Below the pieces are notes generated by a model. The model was not told the DNA's origin. It ran no database searches and was given only the letters and a program-made list of their open reading frames with translations. Shown here one piece after another: positions 1-11,402 of a DNA stretch of 64,000 nucleotides. Origin of the DNA: Eledone cirrhosa (taxonomy: Eukaryota); contig OZ024744.1 of assembly GCA_964016885.1 (NCBI GenBank), positions 91,202,001 to 91,266,000 of the forward strand, written 5' to 3'. Within the stretch, counting starts at the first letter, position 1; each line of letters starts with the position of its first letter. The position numbers and the translations under genes were made by a program.

Positions 1-708
1 ATGCTTCTCTCCCGAGTTACCAGAATCAACTGACACAAAGAAGATCTTATCTTGCTTTCACCTCAAGCTATCCAGCCACCCCAGACAACTGATGCCAACT
101 CAAATAAAAGAGAAATGGCAGCTAGATGTCATTTGGGGTTCAGTGTGTGAAGAAATTTCACTACAAGTCCCCCCTGTAAAGTGGTCATGCTGGTGCCATG
201 ACAAAAAAAGCATCCAGTACATCTTGTTAAGTGATTGAACTGGTGCCACTTCAAAAGGCACTCAGTCATTCCTGTAAGTAGTAGTGCTAGTGCTATGAAA
301 AAAAGTACCCAGTACACACTACAATGTAGTTGGAGTGAGGAAGGACATCCAGCCATAGAAAACCAAACCCAAAATAGATCTGTATGAGAAAAACATGGTC
401 ATTTCACCTGGATAGTCAAATAATATAACAACCTGTCTAACCCATACAATTATGGAAAATAGACGTTAAATATTGATGATGAAGAAGAGGAGAAAGAGGG
501 GGAGGAAGGGAAGGGGGAGGAGGTGTGGGTGGAGGAGGTGTGGGTGAATATAATTATATTATTGAGATTATTCTCTGTTGCTACTCAGAGTTTGGTAAGT
601 TGCTGCTGATCATGTAACTGGGAATGTAGTTTACACGGTGTAGTGTATCTGGCAAATATAATGAAGGTGGCTAATATAATCTATATATATAATCTATATA
701 TATATATA

Positions 709-1600
709 CAGGGTGTGGACGATATTTGTTCGCAATTTTCAACTGCTAATTTTATGCAAATTTTTTTTACTGCCGTTGTCACTCTTCTCTTTATAAAAAC
801 AGTAACTATATTTCCATTATTTATTTTTAGAATAATTGATTATGAATAATCTTGAACCTCCAAATTTGTGGAAGAGACACAGAGTTCTTCTTGGAATCTG
901 CGCTGGGAGGACAAATAAGGAAATTTCAGAAACTCCCAGAACAACAAGTGGCTCGCTGTCTCATCCAAAGACGTGCCCAGAGTCATGCAGACAAAGTTTC
1001 CAGTGACAACATTGGTCTTAGGTGTCGACAGCAGTCAAGGTGACGTCATGCCACCTTACTTCTTCCCTGAGGACCTCAAGCTGAACACCGATGGCTACAT
1101 CCGCGTTCTGAGCAAGGTAGTAAAGCTCTGGATCGACCAGGTAGCTGCAGGTAGGCCGTACATGTGGCAGCAAGACTCAGCGCCCTGCCATACCAGCTGA
1201 AAGACCCAAGCCTGGCTGTCAGAGAACTTTGTCAACCACACTTCACCTGACATCTGGCCTCCCAGCTCGCCTGACTGCAACCCCCTCGACTTCTTTGTGT
1301 GGGGCACAGTGGAATGAGACACTAACAGATCTAGCTGCAATACAAAAGACGATCTGAAGGCCAGGATCACAAGTGCCTTTAGGGGCCTAAGTCAGGGGAC
1401 AGTGACGAAGGCCTGTAGCCGGTTCTGAGGCCACCTTGAGGCCGTCATCAAAGCCAATGGCGGGTTTATCGAGTGAAATCGAAAGAACAAGTCATGAAGA
1501 CAAACTGACCCAAGTTTAATAAATATATCTTAAAAAATAAAACTACTGTGTTATTTTTTCCTAGACAGTAATCTTGCGAACAAATATCGTCCACACCCTG
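709..1600 (+). mobile_element. Internally deleted Tc1/mariner-superfamily transposon, maT (DD37D) type
   Basis: Perfect 27-bp TIRs CAGGGTGTGGACGATATTTGTTCGCAA (709-735 / 1574-1600), flanked by (TA)n. Reading through stops gives QQDSAPCHTS*KTQAWLSENF...WPPSSPDCNPLDFFVWG, with 37 residues between the 2nd and 3rd catalytic Asp. Confidence 0.92.
973..1476 (+). pseudogene. C-terminal DDD transposase remnant with three in-frame TGA stops
   Basis: ORF 973-1200 continues in frame through TGA codons to ...KACSRF*GHLEAVIKANGGFIE*. The N-terminal DNA-binding region is missing. Confidence 0.88.
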
Positions 1601-1624
1601 TATATATATATATATATAATACAT

Positions 1625-1953
1625 TACTCTGACCAACCCCATCTCACTCAACAAGCATTAGGATATACCTGAGTATAATCCCAATTTAGTGTTTGGGGTG
1701 CTAACTCTATAGTATTTCGTGGATAATTGGTTGTATTATTTTATATGAGACATAATTAAATAAATCTCTCTTTCTTTCCATACGATCATTTCGTTATAAG
1801 ATTTCTACAACTTGGGATAAATAATGTCCAAGTTATGTAGAAACTTGTATATAATCCATAGATATACACACAAGCGGGCCCTTATAACTCATCAGTGGAT
1901 GCCCATGCAATATCAATATAAAAAACTACATCGATATTAATAATCAGTGATGG
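1625..1953 (-). mobile_element. ~330-bp hammerhead-ribozyme-containing repeat (Penelope pLTR/retrozyme-like), copy 1
   Basis: Clearly homologous to 63475-63810; contains hammerhead core at 1777-1899 (-); adjoins (TA)n. Confidence 0.7.
1777..1899 (-). ncRNA. Type I hammerhead ribozyme motif with large branched stem II
   Basis: Minus strand: TCCA-CTGATGA-GTTATAAG-[80 nt, two hairpins]-CTTATAAC-GAAAT-GATC-GTA-TGGA. Confidence 0.75.
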
Positions 1954-2651
1954 TCTATATATATAAGAGAGCTGTTTATTGGTTGGTTGGTTGGTTGGTT
2001 GAATCACATGAAAACTACACACATACACAAATACATACACACACATCTAAAGAGAAAGAGACACAGACAGAGAGACAGAAAGAGAGAGATAGGCTGTTCT
2101 ACAGAGAGAGATACAATTAAAGTGTTAGATATTCAGAGAGAGAATGACATCCCACAAAAGTCTAGAAACCGCTTAAACTTGGATCTATAGGAAGGTTTAA
2201 CAATATTGCTTAGTTTTTATAAAGTAGTTTTACAATCTTTGATTTTACAGAACAAAGAAAATTTGATAATATTGAAATTAATCTACCCTCCAGCTTTTAT
2301 CCATATACTACTTACAGTCCGTACTAACAAAGCTAAACACTTCAGAAGCAATGTTATGCAGTATATTGCTGTGTTTCAGATGACGTCATTTGGAGCTGAA
2401 AAAGATCATACTGACTATATTTATTTCACAACATTTAAAATCCAAGGCCAATGCTACCAAGTAATCAGCAGTTTACTCCCCCAGCCTAATAAGGTAGTTT
2501 TATGATTGGTTTTTTTTTATGTCTCTCTCTCACATCCACACACACATTACAGTCTCACCTTATACCAGACAACACATTGAATACAGTCATTTTCTCTTTT
2601 TTCCGTCTTATCTTAACTATTCTCCCAGGCAAAGCTGGGTACCTCAGCTAG
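1954..2651 (+). mobile_element. Non-autonomous Helitron-like element, family B copy 1
   Basis: Starts TCTATATATATAAGAG, ends CCCAGGCAAAGCTGGGTACCTCAG-CTAG|T (3' hairpin + CTAG); second copy at 35559-36268. Confidence 0.75.
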
Positions 2652-4039
2652 TATAATGATAAACTAAATGAGACTGACAGTGTCTTCTTCATCTTCTCTT
2701 CTTTTTTTCCCACTTATTCCTGAGATGGCCGTGGGGGTAGAATCCTCAAACACTCCTTCCAGAACTGAAATCCATGACTCATCCAGTACCACTTCTTAGC
2801 TATCTCCATTCTAAAGCCCTTAGATACCCTCACTATCACACCCTAGTAGCTACTCTCTCTACCTCTGTGCCCCCCACTACCACACATTAGCTATTTCTCC
2901 AGCACTATGCCCTCCAGCCCCACTACTACTACATCCCTCTAACTCTATACTATCAGTCACCCCTTCTTCTTACTCATCATCCTGTCAAATCACCACACTT
3001 GCCAAACACCCATAATTTCATGCTTATCTCCTTTCTCCCCTCACCCCTGGCAAAACTCACAATAAGGGCTCTTCAGTTAGGACTAAGCAATAAGGGCTCT
3101 TCAGTTAGGACTATGACCAACAGCTTTTCCAGTGACAGTGCTACAAAAATGGACTCAGTACAACCTATAATGTGGTTGGTGATAGTAAGGGCATCCCACT
3201 ATAGAACCAATGCCTAAATTGGTTGAGAAGATCCATAGTTGTGTGAAAGACACAACTTCTCTAGGGTTGGTGATCTACACAATAAAAGCACCAAGTACAC
3301 TTTATAAGGTTGTTGGTGTTAGGAAGAGTGGCCAACCATAGAAGGATTCCCAGCCAAAGAGTAAGGAGGACTCTCCAGTTGTGTCAAAGACATGACAACC
3401 TCTCTAGTGCTGGTGCTATGATAAAATGCACTTAGTAGAACACGGAATTGTATGTAAGTGAGATGCAAACCTCCAGCCTGTCTGGGAGGTCACTAGCCCC
3501 GCTTCAGTACTAGCTCAATTTGTGAAAACCTGTCCAACCTTTGCTAGCAGCAAAAGTGGACTTTAAATGATGATAATGATAAAGATATGTATACTGTGTA
3601 TAGAAAAAAAAGCTCCCATATACTGGATTGGGGAAAACTCTATGGGGCACCCTCTTCATTTGAGGTCCTGTTTGTTTTGCTTAATGGTTAATACAGAGCT
3701 GCCAATGATCTAAGGACTCTGCCAATACGCCACATGTATCATCATCATCATCATCATTTTACATTCGCTTTGTTCTTTCTCAACTCGTCTATGCTTGGTC
3801 GTTCACGCACATTGACATTGCATATCTATGAAAAATATGATGTAGTAAATTTACCAATATCTCCTTATAATATATAACCAGCAATTTCTCTGTCTGTCTG
3901 TCTGACAGTGGAAACACGTGCGCGCGTGCGAATGTTTTTTGCGCACGCGACGCGTAAAGAGAGAGTGAGAGTGAAAGAAAGAGACAGACTACAAGAGGGG
4001 ATAGTGGGAGGGAGAGATGGGGGAATTGAGGAGTGCTAC

Positions 4040-4365
4040 AGAAACATATATACATTTCTGTGTGTGTGTAATATATATATATATACACACACAGAAATAT
4101 ATATATATACACACAGAAATATATATACATTTCTGTGTGTGTAATATATATATATATATACACACACAGAAATATATATACATTTCTGTGTGTGTAATAT
4201 ATATATATATATATATACACACAGAAATGTATATATATTTCTGTGTGTATATATATATATATATTACACACACAGAAATGTATATATATATACACACAGA
4301 AATATATATACATTTCTGTGTGTGTAATATATATATATATATACACACAGAAATATATATACATC
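4040..4365. repeat. Minisatellite of alternating direct and inverted ACACACAGAAAT(AT)n units (second block 4905-5120)
   Basis: Repeated CACACAGAAAT and its reverse complement ATTTCTGTGTG separated by (TA)n. Confidence 0.9.
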
Positions 4366-4597
4366 CCTTAGCTACTGTACTGTATCTGTTGCTATCTCTC
4401 TCTCTCTCCAACTATCCCTCTCTTTTAGTCTGTCTGTTTCTCTCACTCTCACTCTTTCTCTTTGGAACACACTAACATTCCTCCCCTCTATCGCTGTGAC
4501 GAATGGGGAGATGGAGGAGGAGGAGAGAGTCACTTCATCACTTCACCTCTGCCTTTCTTTCTCTCCCCTCTCACTCCCTCATTACGTACAGACATTA

Positions 4598-4790
4598 GGG
4601 CGGTGGATTGGCAGAATCTGTAGAGAGTCGGACACCATGCTTCATAGCATGGAGTTACGTCCCTTTACGGTCTGAGTTCAAATACCGCTGAGGTTAACTT
4701 TGCCTTTCATCCTTACGGGGTCGATAAAATAAAGTACCAGTAATGTACTGGGTAATTGCTGGCATTGTGCCAAAAGTAGAAACAATTATT
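4598..4790 (+). mobile_element. tRNA-derived SINE with Meta-like central domain and (ATT)n tail (many further copies, e.g. 12345-12535, 14648-14840, 21335-21725, 28440-28618, 33355-34320, 52697-52850, 61532-61650)
   Basis: Head GGCGGTGGATTGGCAG...GAGTTCAAAT(C/A)CC (A/B boxes), GCCTTTCATCCTTACGGGGTCGATAAAATAAAGTACC core, tail AGTAGAAACAATTATT. Confidence 0.85.
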
Positions 4791-5039
4791 AGAAACATTG
4801 CTTCATTTTTACATATCTAAGCATTAGCAAAATAATTAATAATTTCAAAAGTAATTTTTCAATTCCAATTGTTATGAACAGCAAAACATTAATAATAATT
4901 TTGTTCTAAGAAATATATATACATTTCTGTGTGTGTAATATATATATATATACATTTCTGTGTGTGTAATATATATATATACACACAGAAATATATATAC
5001 ATTTCTGTGTGTGTAATATATATATATATATATATATAA

Positions 5040-5094
5040 GGGCGGTGCCCCAGCATGGCCTCAGCCGGATGGCTGAAACAGGTAAAAGAGTATA
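5040..5094 (+). mobile_element. 55-bp extreme 3' end of the CR1-like family seen at 18730-19700
   Basis: Near-identical to the reverse complement of 18732-18783; contains the TCAGCC-GGAT-GGCTGA stem-loop. Confidence 0.75.
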
Positions 5095-5649
5095 TATATA
5101 CACACACAGAAATATATGGGCATTTCTCTGTTTGTCTGTCTGTCTGTCCTTCCCTAAAACTCAAATGTAGGTGCTACAGAAATATTACCTTCCCCTCCCT
5201 TTTTCCACTTTGGTACTACCAAGAGAAACACTGTCGCTATAGAAACATTACCTTCCCCTCTCCACTGACTTTGGTCACTGAGGCCGAGGGAATCGCTGGT
5301 TGCTATAGAGACACCTTGCACAAGAAGTAACCAGTTCAAGGCGGTTCTGACTTGATACCATGCCAAGGACCATTTGAAGATATATTTCCATCGTTATATC
5401 ATAACGTTTATGTATCATAACGTTTATATTTCCGTCACTAATCTCTTTTTCTCCTTTTTCGTTTTAACATATATTTATTTCAAAGATTTCACCGTATAGA
5501 TAACATATATATTTATACATGCATAAAAGACATGCCGAGAGACGGTGAACATGTGGTGCCGAAAACATTTCTCATCGAAATCTCAACAATATCAGTATAT
5601 ACACTAGATTTGCTAGCAGAAAACCGCCCACCGGGTGGTTTTCTGCTAG

Positions 5650-6564
5650 TCTATATATATAAAACTGAGGATGTCTGTCTGTGTGTGTGTGAGTTTGAAT
5701 CCCTAAAACTCGAGAAACACCCAACCGACTGTTTTCAAACTTTACACATGTAATACTTATGTTTCAGGGTGTGTTCTGAGCAAAAAAAAATTTCGAATTT
5801 TCAATGCCCTAGGGAACGCATTAGACGATTTAGCGATCTCTCTCTATAATTCTTAGTCTTTCTCTTTTTAGATAGATACATACGTCACACCTTTATAATA
5901 TCTGTCTGTATGTCTGGCTGTCTGCATTTCGTCACTTCCCTGAGGTGGTCTGTGTGTGTCAGTGAGTTTGAATCCCTAAAACTCGAGGAATACCCAACCG
6001 ACTTTTTTCAAACTTTACATGTGTATTATTTATGTTTCAGGGAGTGTTATGCACATAAAAAATTCCACTTTTTGATCTCCTAGGGTCCGCATTAGGTGAA
6101 AAACTGCGTTTTTTAAGCTTTTTAGGGTTTTTTTTTTAGGCGTTACGTCAGACAGATTTTCTTGAAATTGTAATTATATATTAGTCAGTCTCTTCTTCAT
6201 ACCGTGAGCAAAGAAAAGCCAACTTGTTTATGGCCTAGGGTCCGTATTAGGTGAAAAACTTCATTTTTTTCAGCTTTTTAGAGCTTTTTGGAGGCATTAC
6301 GTCTAGCCTATTTTCCCGAAATTTCAAATCATATTATGCACATAGAAAAAATTCATTTTCTTGATCCCCTAGGGCCCGCATTAGTTGAAAACCTGCATTT
6401 TTCCTGCTTCATCGAGGAAAATCTTAAAGATTATCCAGCCATCAGAGTATTCAGTTTATTTTCTTGACATATTGTTCAGGCATACAGTTTTTCCACGATT
6501 AGGTCTGTTGGCGGCCCACGTTCCAAAATACCTTATCCTGTGCAACGCCGGGTACCTCTGCTAG
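5650..6564 (+). mobile_element. Non-autonomous Helitron, family A copy 1
   Basis: 5' TCTATATATATAAAACTGAGG; 3' GCAACGCCGGGTACCTCTG-CTAG|T; no TIR or TSD; inverted second copy at 11403-12293. Confidence 0.85.
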
Positions 6565-7059
6565 TAAACAATAAAAAGCAACCAGTCCATGCTGTAAATG
6601 TGGTTAGAGTTATGAAGGGCATCCAGCCAGAGAAATCAAGCCAGAAACGGTTCTGTATGAGCAAGACATGGTCATCTGATCTGACAACTCCTCTAACCCA
6701 TGCTAGTGTGGAAAAATGTACATTAAACAGTAATGGCGATGGTGAGGAGGAGGGGGAGGAGGTGGTGGAGGAGGAGGAGGTGGAGGAGGAGGAGGAGGAG
6801 GAGGAAACAATATGTGAAAAATAAGCATTTTTTTCTTTTCCTTTTTTTAATATTTTTATGAAATGTGGTCTAACTAACTCCACCTTCTTCACTATCTGAA
6901 TTTAGTGAAGATCTTCATGAAACTTCTTAAAATATTTCACAAACTAATTGATCTCAGCATTATTGGATAACTTGGAGAGTAGCTGAATGATTCTTCCTCC
7001 TTAGCACTTTAATTCTCATATTTCAAATGAAAGACATTGCCTACAATTTTATCGATAAC

Positions 7060-7325
7060 ACTTCTTCTTCTTCCTGCTCAATGAGGCTGGAGTCATCCTA
7101 AGCCAGCAATCCCAAAACATTTTCGTTTGTAGAGCCCATCAGGTCCACCAGCTACATCCATTGCTGGTGGTCCCGTGCTAGCTCCTCTGCATCCTCTGGA
7201 GATCTTCCCTGATGATATCCAGCCATCTGGTGCGGGGTCTGCCATAGGGGCCTCTTCCAGCCTGCAGCCACTGCGTCGAACGAGAGTAAGGCCCTGGTAG
7301 GATGATCTGGTAGAAAGTGGAGGAC
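7060..7325 (-). mobile_element. Old non-LTR retrotransposon 3' fragment with (GAA)n tail (related + copy at ~28160-28428)
   Basis: Minus translation gives GRRPYGRPRTRWLDIIREDL, typical of an RTE-like C-terminus. Confidence 0.65.
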
Positions 7326-7981
7326 TTATCTATGCCAACACATGCGGCAGATAACTATGAGGCTATCCATAACACAAAGAAGTGAAAGATAACAAAACAC
7401 CAGGATTTGGTTAACTGCTTTCTTTTTTTTGGTGCTAGTTGTCCATCCAGACCTATAGTGTTCCACTCGGTCCCTGATTGCCATTTTGCTTTGCAAAATC
7501 ATGAGTTGTGCATCGCAAAATCTGAGGAAGGAGGCCATGAGATGGAATAGCTGATGCAGCAGGTGTTGCTGGTTTGTTGTCCGCAGTAATGCTTTCACCA
7601 TCTTATCTGTGAGGTGTAGCTGAGATACACCATTTCATCCAAGGATCTAGAATTAGCTAGTTGCCTTGCTATCTTTTCCCCACCACCTTTTAATTTTAAA
7701 TTCCTTTTTCTCTCGTGTTTGTTGCATTTGGTTAAGTCCCTTTACATTCTGAGTTCAAGTCCCACCAAGGTCAACTTTGCCTTTCATCCTTCTGAGGTTG
7801 ATAAAATATAGTACCAGTCATGTATTGCTGGTCAATTTAATCTACTTACACCACTTTCCTTCAAATTGCTGGCTTTATGCCAAAAGTAGAAACAAATATT
7901 ACACTGGTCAGCTAAATTTTTCTTTCTTTTCTGCTGACCTAAGTTTGAGACATTGAGACATATTCGTGGGTAATTTGAGGC

Positions 7982-8107
7982 CCCTGAGTTTAAAAATGAC
8001 AATACTTTTTTTTCTATCACGTCAAGTTTTTTTATCTATGGACTGGCCCATAGATAAAAAAACTTGACGTGATAGAAAAAAAAGTATTGTCATTTTTAAA
8101 CTCAGGG
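7982..8107. repeat. Perfect 60-bp inverted repeat with 6-nt loop
   Basis: 7982-8041 is the exact reverse complement of 8048-8107. Confidence 0.95.
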
Positions 8108-8894
8108 TCCCCAAATTAATCATTATCCTGCCGAGGTTAACTTTAATCATTATCCTGCCGAGGTTAACTTTGCCTTTCATCCTTACGGGGTCGATAAAAT
8201 AAAGTACCAGTAATACACTGAGATAATTGCTGGCCTTGTGCCAAAAGTAGAAACAATTATTTACATATTTTTAATGTCTTCTAACAACCCTAGTTCTCTT
8301 TACTATAGTAGAGTTTCATTCACTTCCTTGTGGGAGCTAATCTATGTTAGAAAAAAGAAAATGTTACCCATTAAATAAGAGTAAATATGAATGGAACATT
8401 AGAAACAAGAGTGAAGATAGAAACGAACATTTACTGAAGATTACCCTAGTTCGAATAATTTGGTCACGGGTTTCCGGAGTAGCGTCCCTTGGTATAATGT
8501 GAAATTCAGAGTGCGCGGGTCTTTACCTCCTCCCCTTTCTCTTGTTTTCTTTTTTAGTACTGTGAAAGGATTTTGTTATAAACGCATACGACCATTCCAG
8601 TCTAACATTAACCAAACTTTCGATTTTCTCAAAGATTTAGACTGCCGAAAAGTTCGCAAAGACGACTAATATATAAAGATAAATATCTTATGAGGTTGGC
8701 GACAGGTTATTGATTCCTATGGGTAAAAAAAAAAAGATGGTAAGGCTTATTTACATCGATGTTTTTGAATAATAGCTTGGAGTTTGACAGGTAAAGCTGT
8801 TGGTCTACGGTTTCAGCATTTTAGCCATAGTGAAATACTTTTGACATTTTCTATATCAACATGTGAGCAAATTGCTTCTCTGGAAGGGCACGTA

Positions 8895-9220
8895 CTCTCG
8901 GGTCCCAAATAATAGGGGTGGGGTGGACATTTGCTTAAATTCTTATAAGCGGTGGGGCATTGGAATCGCTAATTGTATAGTGTACATTTGTAAATATTGG
9001 ATTTCTTGTAATGTTCTTTTTTTTTTGTCATTTATAATGTTTTTTTAAAGTAAAATACAATTAGATTTTCCAGCTGCTTTATCAATATGAATCACTTACA
9101 ATAAAATTTCGCTGTAAAAAGATTAGTAAAATTTAATAAGCGGGGTGGGGATGAAAGCGGGGTGTGAGTTGGAAAATTAATAAGCGGGGGTGAGGGGACG
9201 ATTATTGAAGACCTGAGAAA
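8895..9220. mobile_element. MITE with imperfect TIRs and TA flanks (Tc1/mariner-like)
   Basis: TA|CTCTCGGGTCCCAAATAAT ... ATTATTGAAGACCTGAGAAA|TA; internal repeats of TAAGCGGGG. Confidence 0.55.
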
Positions 9221-9334
9221 TACAAAACAATATAAAGTGAATCTGACCACCGAGTGTTATTTGTTTTGAAAATTTCCTGTTTCGAACCGTAAAATATAAA
9301 GATATTCGTCACTAAACAAATTAATACTGCTTTG

Positions 9335-10372
9335 TTTAATCGGTAGAACATCGGACCAAATGGTTCACGGCACAGAATTATGGCCCTTTACGTTCTGATA
9401 TCAAATCCCGTCGAAGTTAGCTTTGCCTTTCTTCCTTATGCGGTCAATAAAATAAAGTACCAGTAATGCACTAGGGTTGATTTAATCGACTCCCCCCCCT
9501 CCCAAATTGCTGGCCTTGTATCTATACTAAAAATCATTATTTGTTTATCATTTCACTTTGCCTTTCATCCTTACGGGGTCGGTAAAATAAAGTACCAGTA
9601 ATGCACTGAATAATTGCTGGCCTTGTGCCTAAAGTAGAAACAATTATTATTCGCCGAGGTTGACTTTGCCTTTCATCCTTACGGGGTCGATAAAATAAAG
9701 TACCAGTAATGCACTGGGGTAATTGCTGGACTTGTGCCTAAAGTAGAAACAATTATTATTTTTACGGCCCTTTCTATTCTGAGTTCAAATCCCGCCGAGG
9801 TCAACTTTGCCTTTCATCCTTACGGGGTCGATAAAATAAAGTACCAGTAATGTACTAGTACATTACTGGTACTAATTGCTGGCCTTGTGCCAAAAGTAGA
9901 AACAATTATTGTTTTTGGCGGCATATAGTTACGTTCCTTTACGTTCTGAGTTCAAATCCTGCCATGGTTAGTTTTGTCTTTCACCCTCTCGGGTTCGATA
10001 AAATGAAGTACCAGTAACGTATTGGAGATCGATTTAATCCACTTTCCCCGCCCCTAAAATTTGTTGGCCTTGTGCCTAAATCAGAAATCATTATTTTTTT
10101 TCTTTGCGGTCTGAGTTCAAATCCCGTCGAGGTTAACTTTGCCTTTCATCCTTACGGGGGATTCGATAAAATAAAGTACCAGTAATGTACTGAGTATTTG
10201 ATGGCCTTGTGCCAAAAATAGAAACAATTATTTTTTTTAGAGATTAGATTTGCCTTTCATCTTTACGGAGTCGATAAAATAAAGTACCCGTAATGCACTG
10301 GAGTACATTTACTCGACTTTACTCCTTCCCTTCAAATTGCTGGCCTTGTGCCAAATGCAGAAAATTATTATT
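9335..10372 (+). mobile_element. Chain of ~7 head-to-tail Meta-like SINE copies
   Basis: Core GCCTTTCATCCTTACGGGGTCGATAAAATAAAGTACC (or close variant) recurs 7 times in the same orientation; each unit ends in an ATTATT tail. Confidence 0.85.
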
Positions 10373-11094
10373 TTATATAGTTTTTCTTTAAATGTTCGGT
10401 ATTGTTTATTTATGTTGTCAAAAAGGTTCTCGTTTGAAACGGTGTCATGGCAATTTATTCCCGTAAACAAAGCACCTTACTTGACACCGGTAACGCACTT
10501 AAAGAATCCCTTGTGTTTCAAAAGACGAATATTTTAATAGAAAAAAAGTCAAAAAAGAAAATATCAAAGAGAAACAGTGTAAATTTGAATTGAAAGATGA
10601 TAAGGAAACTATGTATATAATGTCTATGAATGGTAGGGAGATAATAATTTATAAATTATTTTCTTTTTATAAATTTTCCGTATAAATCACAACTTTATAA
10701 TGTTTACATTTATTTCGGTAACTAGGGAAAAATCATATTATATCATATATAATGTATAGTTAGATATGTGTATATATTTATACATTTTTGTGCAGTCTCA
10801 GTTAAACACTGTATTTATGCGGATGTGGCGGCGATTTGGCAGAGTCGTTAGAACGTCAGATAAAGTGCTTCGTGGTATTGGTTTCGGCTCAATGTTCTCT
10901 CACTTCAAATCTCGTCGAGGTCAACTTTGCCTTTCATTCATTCGAAGTTTTTAAAACAAAGTACCAGTCAAGTACTAGAATCGATTCGTTTTCTATATCT
11001 CTTTTTCATTTCCATTCCTTCGCTCTCTCTATCCTTCTCTGGAAGACATTTGCTGTATTCAGACCTGGAGAGTATTGGGTTCCGACAGGTTTAA

Positions 11095-11299
11095 CCCTTT
11101 AGCAATTACATTACTCTATATTTACTGTTGTGCTAAAGGCTTTACCTCACGTAATATCTCACATAATATTGAATCTATGAGATTTTGATATTATTTATTT
11201 TGAGAACAATACCTTAACATCAGTACGAGCAGCCGGTTATAGCCGATTTGAACATATAGAGTTAACAGAATTCTGGCCGGATATGGCTGGTTTAAATGC
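11095..11299. mobile_element. piggyBac-type MITE (~220 bp family; other copies 20328-20548, 29211-29417, 41336-41558, 54585-54790)
   Basis: Family termini TTAA|CCCTTTAGCATTT ... AAATGCTAAAGGG|TTAA, i.e. CCC/GGG ends and TTAA target site; the right end of this copy is decayed. Confidence 0.8.
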
Positions 11300-11402
11300 C
11301 TTTGTAACATCGTATGTCAATACAACCCCCCTCTCCCTCACGATTCACTCGGGAGTTACGGGACCATGCATGCATGCATACATTTATACAGATATAACTT
11401 TA

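Larger units (their letters stand above)
3860..5649 (+). mobile_element. Probable non-autonomous Helitron carrying an (ACACACAGAAATATATAT)n minisatellite and nested SINE/LINE pieces
   Basis: A|TC start followed by TATATAA..CTGTCTGTCTGTC as in the other Helitron 5' ends here; ends in hairpin + CTAG at 5646-5649. The 5' boundary is inferred. Confidence 0.5.

Noticed and set aside
6875-7045. Minus-strand coding exon
   Set aside because: Stops in all three frames after the candidate acceptor.
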